Source of the DNA: Sinorhizobium meliloti
GTDB lineage: Bacteria > Pseudomonadota > Alphaproteobacteria > Rhizobiales > Rhizobiaceae
Direction of reading: 5' to 3'
Length of the DNA stretch: 32,000 nucleotides
NCBI RefSeq assembly: GCF_017876815.1
Contig: NZ_JAGIOS010000001.1
Coordinates: 1,320,001-1,352,000 of the forward strand
How positions within the stretch are numbered: the first letter of the stretch is position 1; the number at the start of each line of letters is the position of its first letter. Under the pieces are notes generated by a model. It made no database searches and had not been told where the DNA came from. It worked only from the letters and a program-made list of their open reading frames with translations. Made by a program: the position numbers and the translations under genes. Positions 9,975 through 18,977 of this stretch are shown in pieces.

Positions 9975-10080
9975 CGGCCCCCCTCATCCGCCTGCAGGAA
10001 CCTTCTCCCCGCAAGCGGGGCGAAGGGACAAGCGGCATGCTCCGTCAGTCCCCTCTCCCCGCCCGCGGGTTGAGGGGCCG
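9975..10080. repeat. Composite palindromic intergenic repeat, copy 2 (uninterrupted; X-module, spacer, shortened Y-module)
   Basis: gcccccctcatccgcctgcaggaaccttctccccgc-aa-gcggggcgaagg is followed by cagtcccctctccccgcccgcgggttgagggg. It is alignable by eye with 22406-22493 and with the reverse complement of 4563-4658. Confidence 0.8.
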
Positions 10081-10096
10081 TTTCGCCACTCTCGAT

Positions 10097-10852
10097 CTAC
10101 CCGAAATCGATCGCATGCAGCATCGTGCCGTTGCGCTTGAGCCAGTGCTTGGCATCCTTCGTTTCCGGGCACAGGCTTTCGCACAACGCCCAGAAACGCG
10201 GTCCATGATTCATTTCCTGAAGATGGGCGACCTCGTGTGCCGCGAGATAAGCGATCACCTTCGGCGGCGCCATGGCAATCCGCCAGGAAAAGCTCAAATC
10301 GCCCTCGGCGGAGCAGGAGCCCCAACGGCTGCGGGTGTCCTTCAGGCTGAGGGAGCGTGCCCTGCGCCCCGTCCTGCCCGCATAAACGGCGACCAGGCGC
10401 TCGAGTTCGCTGCGGGCTTCCTTCTTGAGATAGTCGGCGATGCGCCGGCGCAGATGCTCCTCGGCACCGCCCACCCTCAGAACCGCCTCGTCGTCGATCA
10501 CGAGCGCTTCGGTCAAGCCGCGCAGGCGGCCCGTTCTCTCGATGCGGTGCGCAACGCCGCGAACAAGGATGGTGCCGCCGTCCTCGAGCTCGCTTTCGCC
10601 GGAAAAGCGGGCGAGCTTGGTCATCAACCAGCCTTGGTGCCGGATGAGAAAGGCGCTGACCTCGCGCTCCGGCAAGCCCTCCGGCACGGTGAGCTTCAAC
10701 GCTCGCCCGCCGGGCTCGATGCGAAGCGTCATCCGCGTCGCTCGCGCATTTTGCCGAATGGTCAGGGGAAGGACCTTGCCGGCGACCTCGATGTCACGGA
10801 TGACATCAAGGGGCGGTCCACTGCCACGGCGCCGCTTGAGAGATGAAAACAT
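10097..10852 (-). CDS. M48-family / YgjP-like (DUF45) zinc metallohydrolase
   Basis: 251 aa. HEXXH motif in YLAAHEVAHLQEMNHGPRFW, typical of the YgjP/DUF45 family. Confidence 0.8.
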   Translation of the reverse strand: MFSSLKRRRGSGPPLDVIRDIEVAGKVLPLTIRQNARATRMTLRIEPGGRALKLTVPEGLPEREVSAFLIRHQGWLMTKLARFSGESELEDGGTILVRGVAHRIERTGRLRGLTEALVIDDEAVLRVGGAEEHLRRRIADYLKKEARSELERLVAVYAGRTGRRARSLSLKDTRSRWGSCSAEGDLSFSWRIAMAPPKVIAYLAAHEVAHLQEMNHGPRFWALCESLCPETKDAKHWLKRNGTMLHAIDFG

Positions 10853-10900
10853 GAGGCCGTTCTAGCCGATTCGCAGGGCACTTGGCAGATGGACGAGTAA

Positions 10901-10947
10901 CATCCGGCGTTTCACATGAAACACCGGATGTCATGAAACACCGGATG
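10901..10947. repeat. Structured intergenic motif: a 14 nt inverted repeat plus a 16 nt perfect direct repeat
   Basis: catccggcgtttca (10901-10914) is complementary to tgaaacaccggatg (10917-10930), with one G.U pair in the minus-sense RNA. catgaaacaccggatg occurs twice, at 10915-10930 and 10932-10947. Confidence 0.7.
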
Positions 10948-10950
10948 CGA

Positions 10951-11376
10951 TCAGCTCGATTCGAAGCCGGCTTCCGGACCGGTGCGGCCGTTCTTGCGTT
11001 CGCGCATGAAGCGGTCGAATTCCTCCTGGTCCTTTGCACGACGGAGCTCGCGTACATAGCCGTCGAATTCCTCGCGCATCTCGTCGAGCTTGCGGCGCTC
11101 CTCGTCGAGACGGGCAAGTTCCGCTGTCCGCCAGTCGTCGAAGGCGACATTGCCCGTACGATGATGTGCCCATTGTCCCCGGCGGTTCCGTTTGAAGCCG
11201 GCACACATGCGATCCACTCCTTCATTGGCGTCCTTCTTGAACGCCCTCAGCTTGTCGCCGAAGAGGATGTAGGCGAGCATTGCTAGGCCGAGCGGCCAGA
11301 ACACAATGAAACCCAGCACCATCAATGCAATGGTCGCAGGCGTCCAGTCCGGACGGATCAGTGCAGATTGGTTCAT
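10951..11376 (-). CDS. DUF2852-domain membrane protein
   Basis: 141 aa from the ATG at 11376, with a GAGGAA RBS. An N-terminal TM helix (PATIALMVLGFIVFWPLGLAML) is followed by a charged coiled region (ELARLDEERRKLDEMREEFDGYVRELRRAKDQEEFDRFM), as in DUF2852 proteins. The ORF extension to 11517 is rejected. Confidence 0.75.
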   Translation of the reverse strand: MNQSALIRPDWTPATIALMVLGFIVFWPLGLAMLAYILFGDKLRAFKKDANEGVDRMCAGFKRNRRGQWAHHRTGNVAFDDWRTAELARLDEERRKLDEMREEFDGYVRELRRAKDQEEFDRFMRERKNGRTGPEAGFESS

Positions 11377-11525
11377 CTTCAGGATTCCTCGCAGTCGGCG
11401 GGCCGCCCTTCGCGGCCCGATGAAAACGATGTGGGAAACCCACAGCCCCGACGCAAGACATTGTATCAAGGAATCGGACAACCCCCTGACTTTGCTCCGG
11501 CAAATCGAGCGCTCCAATGACGCGC

Positions 11526-12800
11526 TCAGGCCGACTTGCCGCCCTTGATGAGCTGTTTGACCGGCTTCGCATGGCGTGAATGCCGGCGCTGGAAGGCGAC
11601 TATGCGCGGTGCGATCTCGCGGCGGAAACGCGAACCGTTGAAGACGCCGTAATGGCCGACGTCGGGCTGCATGTAGTGCTGCCGCATAGAATCGGGAATG
11701 CCGGTGCAGATCGTCTGCGCCGCCTTGGTCTGGCCGAGGCCGGAAATGTCGTCGTTCTCGCCCTCGACGGTCAGCAGCGCGACGCGTCGGATCGCCGTCG
11801 GATCGACACGCTTGCCGCGGTGGATCATCTCGCCCTTGGGCAGCGCATGTTGCATGAACACCACCTGCACGGTCTGCAGGTAGAACTCCGCGGTCAGATC
11901 CATCACCGCCAGATATTCGTCGTAGAAGTCACGGTGTTTTTCGGCCGCATCGCCATCGTTCTTGACCAGATGGGCGAAGAACTCCTTGTGGGCGATCAGG
12001 TGCCGGTCGAGGTTCATCGACATGAAGCCGGAAAGCTGGAGAAAGCCCGGATAGACCATGCGCATGAAGCCGGGCTGCGGCCACGGAACCGGCATGACGA
12101 CATTGTCGCGAAACCACTCGATCGGCCGTTCCTTCGCAAGCTCGTTGACCGCGGTCGGGTTGATGCGCGTGTCGATCGGCCCGCCCATAAGCGTCATCGT
12201 CGACGGTGCGAGGGGATCCTCCGCCGCCTCCATCAGCGCGACGGCCGCCAGAACCGGCACGGCCGGTTGACAGACCCCGATCACATGCGCATCCGGCCCC
12301 AGGAAATGCAGCATCTGGATGACGTAGTCGATATAGTCGTCGAGATCGAAGGTTCCCTCGCTCAAGGGAACCATGCGGGCATCGATCCAGTCGGTGATGT
12401 AGACGTCGGAATGGGGCAGCAGTGCTTCCACCGTTCCGCGCAACAGCGTGGCGTAGTGGCCGGACATCGGCGCAACGATCAGTACTTTCGGATCCGGAGC
12501 GCGATCCCTTGGCAGGCTGCGCTCGAAATGTATGAGGTTGCAGAACGGCTCGCGCCAGACGATCCTTTCGCGGACCGGCACGGGCTGCCCATCGATCTCG
12601 GTTTCGGGAAGGCCGAATTCCGGCTTGCCGTAGCGGCGGGTGGCACGCTCGAAAACCTCCAGCCCCGCGGCTGCGGCACGGCCGAAATAGGTATGCGAAA
12701 CCGGGTTCATCGGATTGCTGAAGGCCAGCCGCATGGCGTCCGCCGCCGTGCGCCACGGAGCCATCATCGCATGGTTCATCTCGTAAAGCTGGTAGAACAT
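11526..12800 (-). CDS. phaZ: Intracellular polyhydroxyalkanoate (PHB) depolymerase
   Basis: 424 aa. The N-terminus MFYQLYEMNHAMMAPWR and the overall length and architecture are typical of the PhaZ intracellular depolymerase family (TIGR01849-like, from memory). Confidence 0.85.
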   Translation of the reverse strand: MFYQLYEMNHAMMAPWRTAADAMRLAFSNPMNPVSHTYFGRAAAAGLEVFERATRRYGKPEFGLPETEIDGQPVPVRERIVWREPFCNLIHFERSLPRDRAPDPKVLIVAPMSGHYATLLRGTVEALLPHSDVYITDWIDARMVPLSEGTFDLDDYIDYVIQMLHFLGPDAHVIGVCQPAVPVLAAVALMEAAEDPLAPSTMTLMGGPIDTRINPTAVNELAKERPIEWFRDNVVMPVPWPQPGFMRMVYPGFLQLSGFMSMNLDRHLIAHKEFFAHLVKNDGDAAEKHRDFYDEYLAVMDLTAEFYLQTVQVVFMQHALPKGEMIHRGKRVDPTAIRRVALLTVEGENDDISGLGQTKAAQTICTGIPDSMRQHYMQPDVGHYGVFNGSRFRREIAPRIVAFQRRHSRHAKPVKQLIKGGKSA

Positions 12801-13003
12801 GGGCGCGTATCCCTTGTTTCAAATCAACGAAAACGCCGCTCCCAGTCCGACGCCGGAGCGCTTCCACAGGAAACATTTCTAATGGTTTCCATCCGAGAGC
12901 GCCTAGTCACGAAGAGTGGATCATTTCACCGGGACGGCGGAATGATCTAGCTTGCGGTTGTTCGTCTCTGGTGTCCGCAATCGCTGCTACACTAGCATTT
13001 TTC

Positions 13004-13019
13004 TTGTGCAGCGCAACAA
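13004..13019. promoter_or_regulatory. Candidate PhaR-type operator (TGC-N3-GCA core) upstream of phaZ
   Basis: ttgTGCagcGCAacaa is an imperfect palindrome about 205 nt upstream of the phaZ ATG. On the minus strand it overlaps a possible TTGCGC-N15-CTAGTG promoter. Assigned by motif resemblance only. Confidence 0.25.
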
Positions 13020-13067
13020 ACGCATCCCTCACTTTTTGGGAAGGACATCCCCATGGAATGAAGCCTC

Positions 13068-14084
13068 TCACCCGGCGCTCACCGCGACAACCGCCTTGAC
13101 GAGCCCCGACTTGTCGTGGACCCAGCGGGGAAGGTCGCGGACGAGGTCCTCGAGCGTCGTGCGGTGGGTGACGAGCGCCTCTATCGGGACGAGCCCCGCC
13201 GCAAGCGACTGAATGACGTGATCGAAGTCCTCGCGCGTGGCGTTGCGGCTGGCGACGAGCGTCATTTCCCGCTTGTGGAATTCGGGATCCGAGAAGCGGA
13301 TCTCCTCCTTGACCACGCTGACGAAGACGAGCGTGCCGCCGTGGGCGACATGGCCAAACGCCCGTTCCATCGACTGGGCGTTGCCGGTGGCGTCGAAGAC
13401 GACGTCGAACCCATCCCCGCCCGTCGCCTGCGCGAGCGCCGCATCGTCGCCCGCAAGGATGCCGGGCGAAAAGCCGAGCTTTTCCGTGGCGAAGGCCAGG
13501 CGCTCCTCGCTCGTGTCGAGCAGCCTTACGTCGTGGCCGGCGATGCGCGAGAAGACGGCGGTCCCAAGTCCGATCGGACCGGCACCTATCACCAGCGAAC
13601 GGACGCCTCGGCCTGCCGCCGAACGCCGGACGGCATGAGCGCCGATCGCCAGGAACTCGACCGCCGCGGCGGCTTCCGGCGAAAGGCCTTCGGCCGGATA
13701 GAGGTTCTGCTCGGGCATGACGATTTCTTCACAGAAGGCGCCGTCGGTGTGAACGCCGAGGACGCGGATCGCCGTGCAGCAGTTCGGCTTGCCTTTGCGG
13801 CAGGCGATGCACTCCCCGCAGGAGAGATAGGGATTTACGACCACGAGCGTCCCCGGCGCGAGCCGGGTGCCGGGACCGCCTTCGATCACTCTCGCAGAGA
13901 TCTCGTGGCCCATCACGCGCGGATATTCGAGAAAGGGGTGCTTGCCCTCGAAGATATGATAATCGGTGCCGCAGATCCCGACGCGGCTGACGGCAAGGCG
14001 CACCGAGCCGGGTGGCGGTGCCTCAGGCCCGCTGCGGGCGACGAGCGCGAGGCGGCCGGGCTCTGAACAGACGACGGCTTTCAT
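13068..14084 (-). CDS. Zinc-dependent medium-chain alcohol / sugar(-acid) dehydrogenase
   Basis: 338 aa. Catalytic zinc motif GICGTDYH...GHE, structural zinc cysteines CGECIACRKGKPNCC, and Rossmann motif GAGPIGLG. It is the last gene of the transporter operon. Confidence 0.85.
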   Translation of the reverse strand: MKAVVCSEPGRLALVARSGPEAPPPGSVRLAVSRVGICGTDYHIFEGKHPFLEYPRVMGHEISARVIEGGPGTRLAPGTLVVVNPYLSCGECIACRKGKPNCCTAIRVLGVHTDGAFCEEIVMPEQNLYPAEGLSPEAAAAVEFLAIGAHAVRRSAAGRGVRSLVIGAGPIGLGTAVFSRIAGHDVRLLDTSEERLAFATEKLGFSPGILAGDDAALAQATGGDGFDVVFDATGNAQSMERAFGHVAHGGTLVFVSVVKEEIRFSDPEFHKREMTLVASRNATREDFDHVIQSLAAGLVPIEALVTHRTTLEDLVRDLPRWVHDKSGLVKAVVAVSAG

Positions 14085-14130
14085 GCGGCGCTCCGAAGCT
14101 TGCTGGGGACCGGTTGCGGGCAGGCGGCCA

Positions 14131-15105
14131 TCACCGCGCCCCCCGCCGCCGCAACTGGTCGAAATAGACGATCACGATGATCAGCAGCCCGGTGATGATG
14201 CGCTGCCAGAAGGAATTTACGTTCAGGAGATTGGCGCCGTTGTTGATCGTCGCAAGGATGAAGGCGCCGAGCAGGGGACCGTGGACCGAGCCGACGGCGC
14301 CGAAAAGGCTCGTGCCGCCGATGACCGACGAAGCGATCGCCTGCAGCTCCCAGCCTTCGGCCTGCGTGGCGTTGCCGATGCCGATGCGCGAGGCGAGCAG
14401 CAGCCCGACGAAGGCGGCGCACGTCGATGACAGGATATAGGCCAGATAGATCGTGCGGTTGACGTTGACGCCGGAAAGGCGCGCCGCCTCGCTGTTGGAG
14501 CCGACGGCGAAGAGATAACGGCCGAAGCGGCTAAGATGCAGGAAGACGTAAGCCGGAATCGCAACGACGATCACCATCCAGAAGAGACTGGGAATTCCGA
14601 GGAAGTCGGCCCGTGAGAACGTGGTGAAGGCGTCGTTGGTGATCGAGATGGTCGAGCCGTTGGTGATCAGGAGACCGATGCCGCGAAGCGAGGTCAGCGT
14701 CGCAAGCGTGATGATGAAGGGCGGCAGCCCCATGCGGACGATGCCGAAGGCATGGAAGGCGCCGATCAGCACGCCGATCGCCAGCGTCGCGATGATCGCG
14801 AGCCAGAGCGGAACCCCCGCCGCGAGCAGCCAGGCGACGATGACGCTGGTGAAACCGACGACGGCGCCGACCGAAAGGTCGATGCCGGCCGTGATGATGA
14901 CGAAGGTCTGGCCGACGGCGAGAATCGCGGTCATCGCCCCCTGACGCAGGAGGTTGCTGATGTTGTTCGGCGTCCAGAAGGCGTTGGTCGCCAGGCCGAG
15001 GAGCAGCCACAGGACGACCAGCAATCCCACGAGCGTCAGACCGAACAGGATGCTGACGCCTTTCTTCGGCGTCGGTCCCGCGCTTTCAACCGTTTCCACA
15101 CTCAT
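14131..15105 (-). CDS. Monosaccharide ABC transporter permease (RbsC / CUT2 type)
   Basis: 324 aa, multi-pass hydrophobic, with motifs typical of RbsC-like permeases (GIDLSVGA, LFGAVGSV). Confidence 0.88.
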   Translation of the reverse strand: MSVETVESAGPTPKKGVSILFGLTLVGLLVVLWLLLGLATNAFWTPNNISNLLRQGAMTAILAVGQTFVIITAGIDLSVGAVVGFTSVIVAWLLAAGVPLWLAIIATLAIGVLIGAFHAFGIVRMGLPPFIITLATLTSLRGIGLLITNGSTISITNDAFTTFSRADFLGIPSLFWMVIVVAIPAYVFLHLSRFGRYLFAVGSNSEAARLSGVNVNRTIYLAYILSSTCAAFVGLLLASRIGIGNATQAEGWELQAIASSVIGGTSLFGAVGSVHGPLLGAFILATINNGANLLNVNSFWQRIITGLLIIVIVYFDQLRRRGAR

Positions 15106-15138
15106 CGCTTCCTCCCTGCGTCCTTCCTCATCCGGCTC

Positions 15139-16692
15139 TCAGGCATTGATCGCCTGCGCCAGCACTTCCTCATGGCTTGCGGCCCGGTAGTCGTGGCTTG
15201 CCACAAGCCGCCCCTGCCGGAACACATGCAGGCGATCGGCCAGTTCATAGACCTCCGGCAGGTAGGAGGAGATCAGGATGATCCCTGCCCCCTTCTCCAG
15301 AAGCCGCGCAAACAGCCGGTAGATTTCCGCCTTGGTGCCGACATCGACGCCCACGGTCGGCTCGTCGAAGATGAAGAGCTTCGCTCCGTGGCTCAGCCAT
15401 CTGCCGATAACGATTTTCTGCTGGTTGCCGCCGGACATGGCGGAAGCAAGCACCCGCCGCGACGGCGTCTTGATGTTCAGATCCCTGATCTGACGTTCGG
15501 CATTGGAGGCCTCCTGCGCGCGGTTGATCGTCAAGCCGCGCGTCAGCCTTTTGAAAACAGGCAGGTTGATATTGACGCCGATCGGCAGGTTGAGGCACAG
15601 GCCCTGATCGCGGCGGCTCTCCGGCGCGAGCGCGATCCCGAGGTCCATGGCCTTCCGCTCATTGCCTATCGCGACCTTGCGGCCCTGCCAGAAGATCTCT
15701 CCGGCGCTCACCGGATTGCGCCCGTAAAGGCCGAGCGCGAACTCGCTGCGGCCGGCGCCGATCAGACCGTAGAGCCCGACGATCTCGCCCGCCCTGACCG
15801 AGAGCGATATGTCGCGGAAACCTGGACCGGAGAGCCCGCGCGTCTCGACGATCATCTCGCCCTGTTCGAAACGTTCCTTGTGGTAGATCTGTTCGATCGT
15901 GCGGTTGATCATCAAAGTGATGAGTTCGGCCTCGTTCGTCTCGGAAATCGCGCGCGTGCCGACATGCGTGCCGTCGCGAAGCACCGAGACGCGGTCCGCG
16001 AGCTCGAACACCTCCTCCAGCCTGTGGCTGATATAGACGATCGTGACGCCCTCGCCCTGCAGCCGGCGGATCAGGCGGAAAAGCTGTGCCGATTCCTGTC
16101 GCGTGAGATAGGCCGTGGGCTCGTCGAAGATGAGGAACTGCGTGCCGCGCATGGCCGCCCGAGCAGTGGCGACCAGCTGCTGCTGGCCGATCGTCAGGCT
16201 GCCGAGTTCGGCATTGGCGGGCAGATTGAAGCCGAGATCGTCAAGCACGCCCTGGGCCGCGCCGGTCATCGCGCGCTTGCGCATCAGCCCGCGGCGGTTC
16301 ATCTCGTCGCCCAGGAACATGTTCGCCGCAACGCTCAGATGCGGGCAAAGCACCACCTCCTGGTGAACCGCATTGATGCCGCGGGCGATCGCTTCGTTGG
16401 GCGTGGCGAGGTCGACAGTTTCGCCGCACCAGCGGATTTCTCCGGCACTGCGGGCAATGACCCCGGTCAGGAGCTTGATCAGCGTCGATTTGCCGGCACC
16501 GTTCTCGCCGACGATCGCGTGGATTTCGCCGGATAGGAAGGTCATCGTCGCGGGCTTCAGAGCCTCGACCGCGCCATAGTTTTTCTGCAGGCTGCGGAGT
16601 TCCAGGATGGGTGCGCCCTTCGGAACCGGACGGCCGCCCGCCGCCCTCACCTGTTCGTCATGGCGATGGCTGACCTCTTGAAGCCCTATCAT
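15139..16692 (-). CDS. Monosaccharide ABC transporter ATP-binding protein with two fused ABC domains
   Basis: 517 aa from the ATG at 16692, with a GGAGGA RBS. Walker A is GENGAGKST. Signature motifs are LTIGQQQLV and MSGGNQQK, and Walker B motifs are FLIFDEPT and LFIFDEPT. The listed extension to 16794 is rejected. Confidence 0.9.
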   Translation of the reverse strand: MIGLQEVSHRHDEQVRAAGGRPVPKGAPILELRSLQKNYGAVEALKPATMTFLSGEIHAIVGENGAGKSTLIKLLTGVIARSAGEIRWCGETVDLATPNEAIARGINAVHQEVVLCPHLSVAANMFLGDEMNRRGLMRKRAMTGAAQGVLDDLGFNLPANAELGSLTIGQQQLVATARAAMRGTQFLIFDEPTAYLTRQESAQLFRLIRRLQGEGVTIVYISHRLEEVFELADRVSVLRDGTHVGTRAISETNEAELITLMINRTIEQIYHKERFEQGEMIVETRGLSGPGFRDISLSVRAGEIVGLYGLIGAGRSEFALGLYGRNPVSAGEIFWQGRKVAIGNERKAMDLGIALAPESRRDQGLCLNLPIGVNINLPVFKRLTRGLTINRAQEASNAERQIRDLNIKTPSRRVLASAMSGGNQQKIVIGRWLSHGAKLFIFDEPTVGVDVGTKAEIYRLFARLLEKGAGIILISSYLPEVYELADRLHVFRQGRLVASHDYRAASHEEVLAQAINA

Positions 16693-16803
16693 GGCATTGT
16701 CCTCCACTTCCCGGATCGCAACGGCCGATCCCCTCGGCCGTTGCACTGTTCTCCTGAAGGCGATGCGCAGCGCCGGTCCTGCGGCGCCGCGCAATTCCGT
16801 TCG

Positions 16804-17793
16804 TCAGTTGACCTTCGGATTCAGAAGCGCGTCGATCTTCGGCTCGCTCATATTGGCCTTGGTGACCAGATTCGCGCCGGTATCGACATTGGCTTCGACC
16901 TTCTCGCCCTTGGAGACCGCGAGAGCCGTCTTCACGCCGTCATAGCCCATGCGGTAGGGATCCTGGACGACGAGGCCCGCCAGCACGCCTTCCTTGAGGA
17001 AGCCCACGGTCTTCTCGTCGCTGTCGAAGCCGATCACCTTGATCTTGTCGCCGAGCTTGTTCTCGGCGATCGCCTGGCCGACGCCCTGCGCCATGATCAG
17101 GTTCGAGGCGAAAACGCCGACGAGGTTGGGGTTGGCGGTGATCAGATCGGTCATGATGTTGAGACCGGTCGTCGCCTGTCCGTCGGCATACTTGTCGGCA
17201 ACCACTTTCAGGCCCGGATATTTCGTCTTGACCTGATCGAGAAAGCCTTCGCGGCGCTGGTCGAGCGAGCCGACGCCCGGCAGGCTGGTAATGATAGCGA
17301 TCTCGCCCTCTTCCTTGCCGGTCGCCTCCTTGATGGCGGCGGCAAGACCGTCGGCGGCTATGCGTCCGCCCTGGACGTTGTCCGTGGTCAGGAAGGAGGT
17401 GAAGGCCTTCGAATCCGCCCCGGAATCGATGCCGATCACCGGAACCGATTTCGCGGCCTCGTCGACGGGCTTGCCGAGCGCCTTGAACTCCGTCGGCGCG
17501 ATCACGACCGCGGCCGGCGCGCCCGCAACGGCGTTTTCCAGGATGGTGATCTGGCCGTTGATGTCGGATTCCGACTGGGCGCCGAGCTCCGGCACGTTGA
17601 CGCCGAGGTCCTTGCCGGCGGCGCGCGCGCCCGCAAGCACGATCTGCCAGTAGAAGGAGGTGGTGTCCTTGACGATGATGGGAATCGTGACGTCCTGCGC
17701 GAAAGAGGTCGCGGGGACCATTGCGGCGACGAAAGCGGCGCCGGCCAGGGCGTTGAAGGCACGGCGTGAAAGAATGCGCTTGGCTATGCTCAT
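16804..17793 (-). CDS. Periplasmic monosaccharide-binding protein (RbsB-like, CUT2)
   Basis: 329 aa. The signal peptide has an SRRAF twin-arginine-like motif and an AxA cleavage context (TSFAQD), followed by a type I periplasmic binding fold. Confidence 0.88.
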   Translation of the reverse strand: MSIAKRILSRRAFNALAGAAFVAAMVPATSFAQDVTIPIIVKDTTSFYWQIVLAGARAAGKDLGVNVPELGAQSESDINGQITILENAVAGAPAAVVIAPTEFKALGKPVDEAAKSVPVIGIDSGADSKAFTSFLTTDNVQGGRIAADGLAAAIKEATGKEEGEIAIITSLPGVGSLDQRREGFLDQVKTKYPGLKVVADKYADGQATTGLNIMTDLITANPNLVGVFASNLIMAQGVGQAIAENKLGDKIKVIGFDSDEKTVGFLKEGVLAGLVVQDPYRMGYDGVKTALAVSKGEKVEANVDTGANLVTKANMSEPKIDALLNPKVN

Positions 17794-17901
17794 CGGGTTC
17801 TCCTCTCAGTGACACCTTGTTCCGTTATCGACCGGGCCGCCAGGTGCATGCGGGCCCGGTTGCTTATGAGAGTGGCGGCCGCCATCGAGGGCGGCGAAGC
17901 A

Positions 17902-18921
17902 TCAGGCCCTTACCGCCTCCGGCCCCAGCTCGGGCGCGACAAGCGTATGGGGTTCGAAGGCCGCGTAATCTTCCGGCGCGATCCCGTAGCGGGTCAGCTC
18001 CATGTTGCGCGTCAGGCTCGACGGTTTGGCGGTTCCGAGCAGCACCGAGGCGACGTGAGGATTGGCCAGCGGGAACTGCAGGGCCGGGGCGGCCAGCGGC
18101 ATGCCGCGCTCTCCGGCGATACGCTCCATCGCCGCGACTTTGGCGCGCACCTCGCCGGTCGCGGGCATGTAATCGAAATGCGCTCCCTCGACCGGTCCGG
18201 TCGCGAGAATGCCGGAATTGAACACGCCGCCGACGACCAGCGAGGTGTCCTTCTTCGCGCAGAGCGGCAGGAGCTCGGCAACCGCGGAGCGGTCGAGGAG
18301 CGTATAGCGACCGGCAAGCAGGATGCAGTCGATGTCGGCCTGGCGCATGACATCCAGGCAGACCGGCACCTCGTTGACGCCGAGGCCGTAGGCTGAAATG
18401 ACGCCGCTCGATTTCAGCTCATCGAGTGCTTTCAGGCCGGAATCCAGAAGCTGCCGCAGGTAGACGGCGTTTTTCGCCGCGCCATGCGTGTAGCCGCCGA
18501 TGTCGTGGACATAAAGAATGTCGATGCGGTTGAGACCGAGACGGGCATAACTCATCTCGACCGAACGCATGATCGCGTCGTAGCCGTAGTCATAGGTGAC
18601 GTCGAAGTTCAGCGGCTTGACGTAGGAATAGTCAGGGACCTGGTTCTCAGGCACCGGATGAAGCAGGCGGCCGACCTTCGTCGACAGCACGAAGCTGTCG
18701 CGCGGCTTGTCGCGCAGGAAGTCGCCGACCCGCCGCTCGGCAAGGCCCAGCCCATAGAACGGCGCCGTATCGAAATAGCGGATACCCGCTTCCCAGGCGG
18801 CGTCGAGCGTCGCCATCGCCGCTTCGCGGGTACATTCGCGATAGAGACCGCCCAGTCCCGCCGTGCCGAAACTGTATTCGGTCACCGCGAGCGCGGTCCG
18901 GCCTATCCTTCTCGTCTGCAT
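17902..18921 (-). CDS. Aldo-keto reductase, probably an aldose 1-dehydrogenase (L-fucose / D-threo-aldose / L-galactose dehydrogenase-like)
   Basis: 339 aa from the ATG at 18921, with a GGAGGA RBS. AKR motifs: FDTAPFYG, and the catalytic Y/K context in STKVGR. The substrate assignment is inference only. Confidence 0.8.
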   Translation of the reverse strand: MQTRRIGRTALAVTEYSFGTAGLGGLYRECTREAAMATLDAAWEAGIRYFDTAPFYGLGLAERRVGDFLRDKPRDSFVLSTKVGRLLHPVPENQVPDYSYVKPLNFDVTYDYGYDAIMRSVEMSYARLGLNRIDILYVHDIGGYTHGAAKNAVYLRQLLDSGLKALDELKSSGVISAYGLGVNEVPVCLDVMRQADIDCILLAGRYTLLDRSAVAELLPLCAKKDTSLVVGGVFNSGILATGPVEGAHFDYMPATGEVRAKVAAMERIAGERGMPLAAPALQFPLANPHVASVLLGTAKPSSLTRNMELTRYGIAPEDYAAFEPHTLVAPELGPEAVRA

Positions 18922-18977
18922 TCCTTGTTTCCTCCCCAAGGATTGCGCCCTTACGCGTCTCGCTTCGCCCCTTCAGC

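Noticed and set aside
12952-13212. An 86 aa plus-strand ORF in the phaZ / Zn-ADH intergenic region.
   Set aside because: More than half of it overlaps the 3' end of the Zn-ADH gene on the opposite strand. It has no RBS and no recognisable motif.
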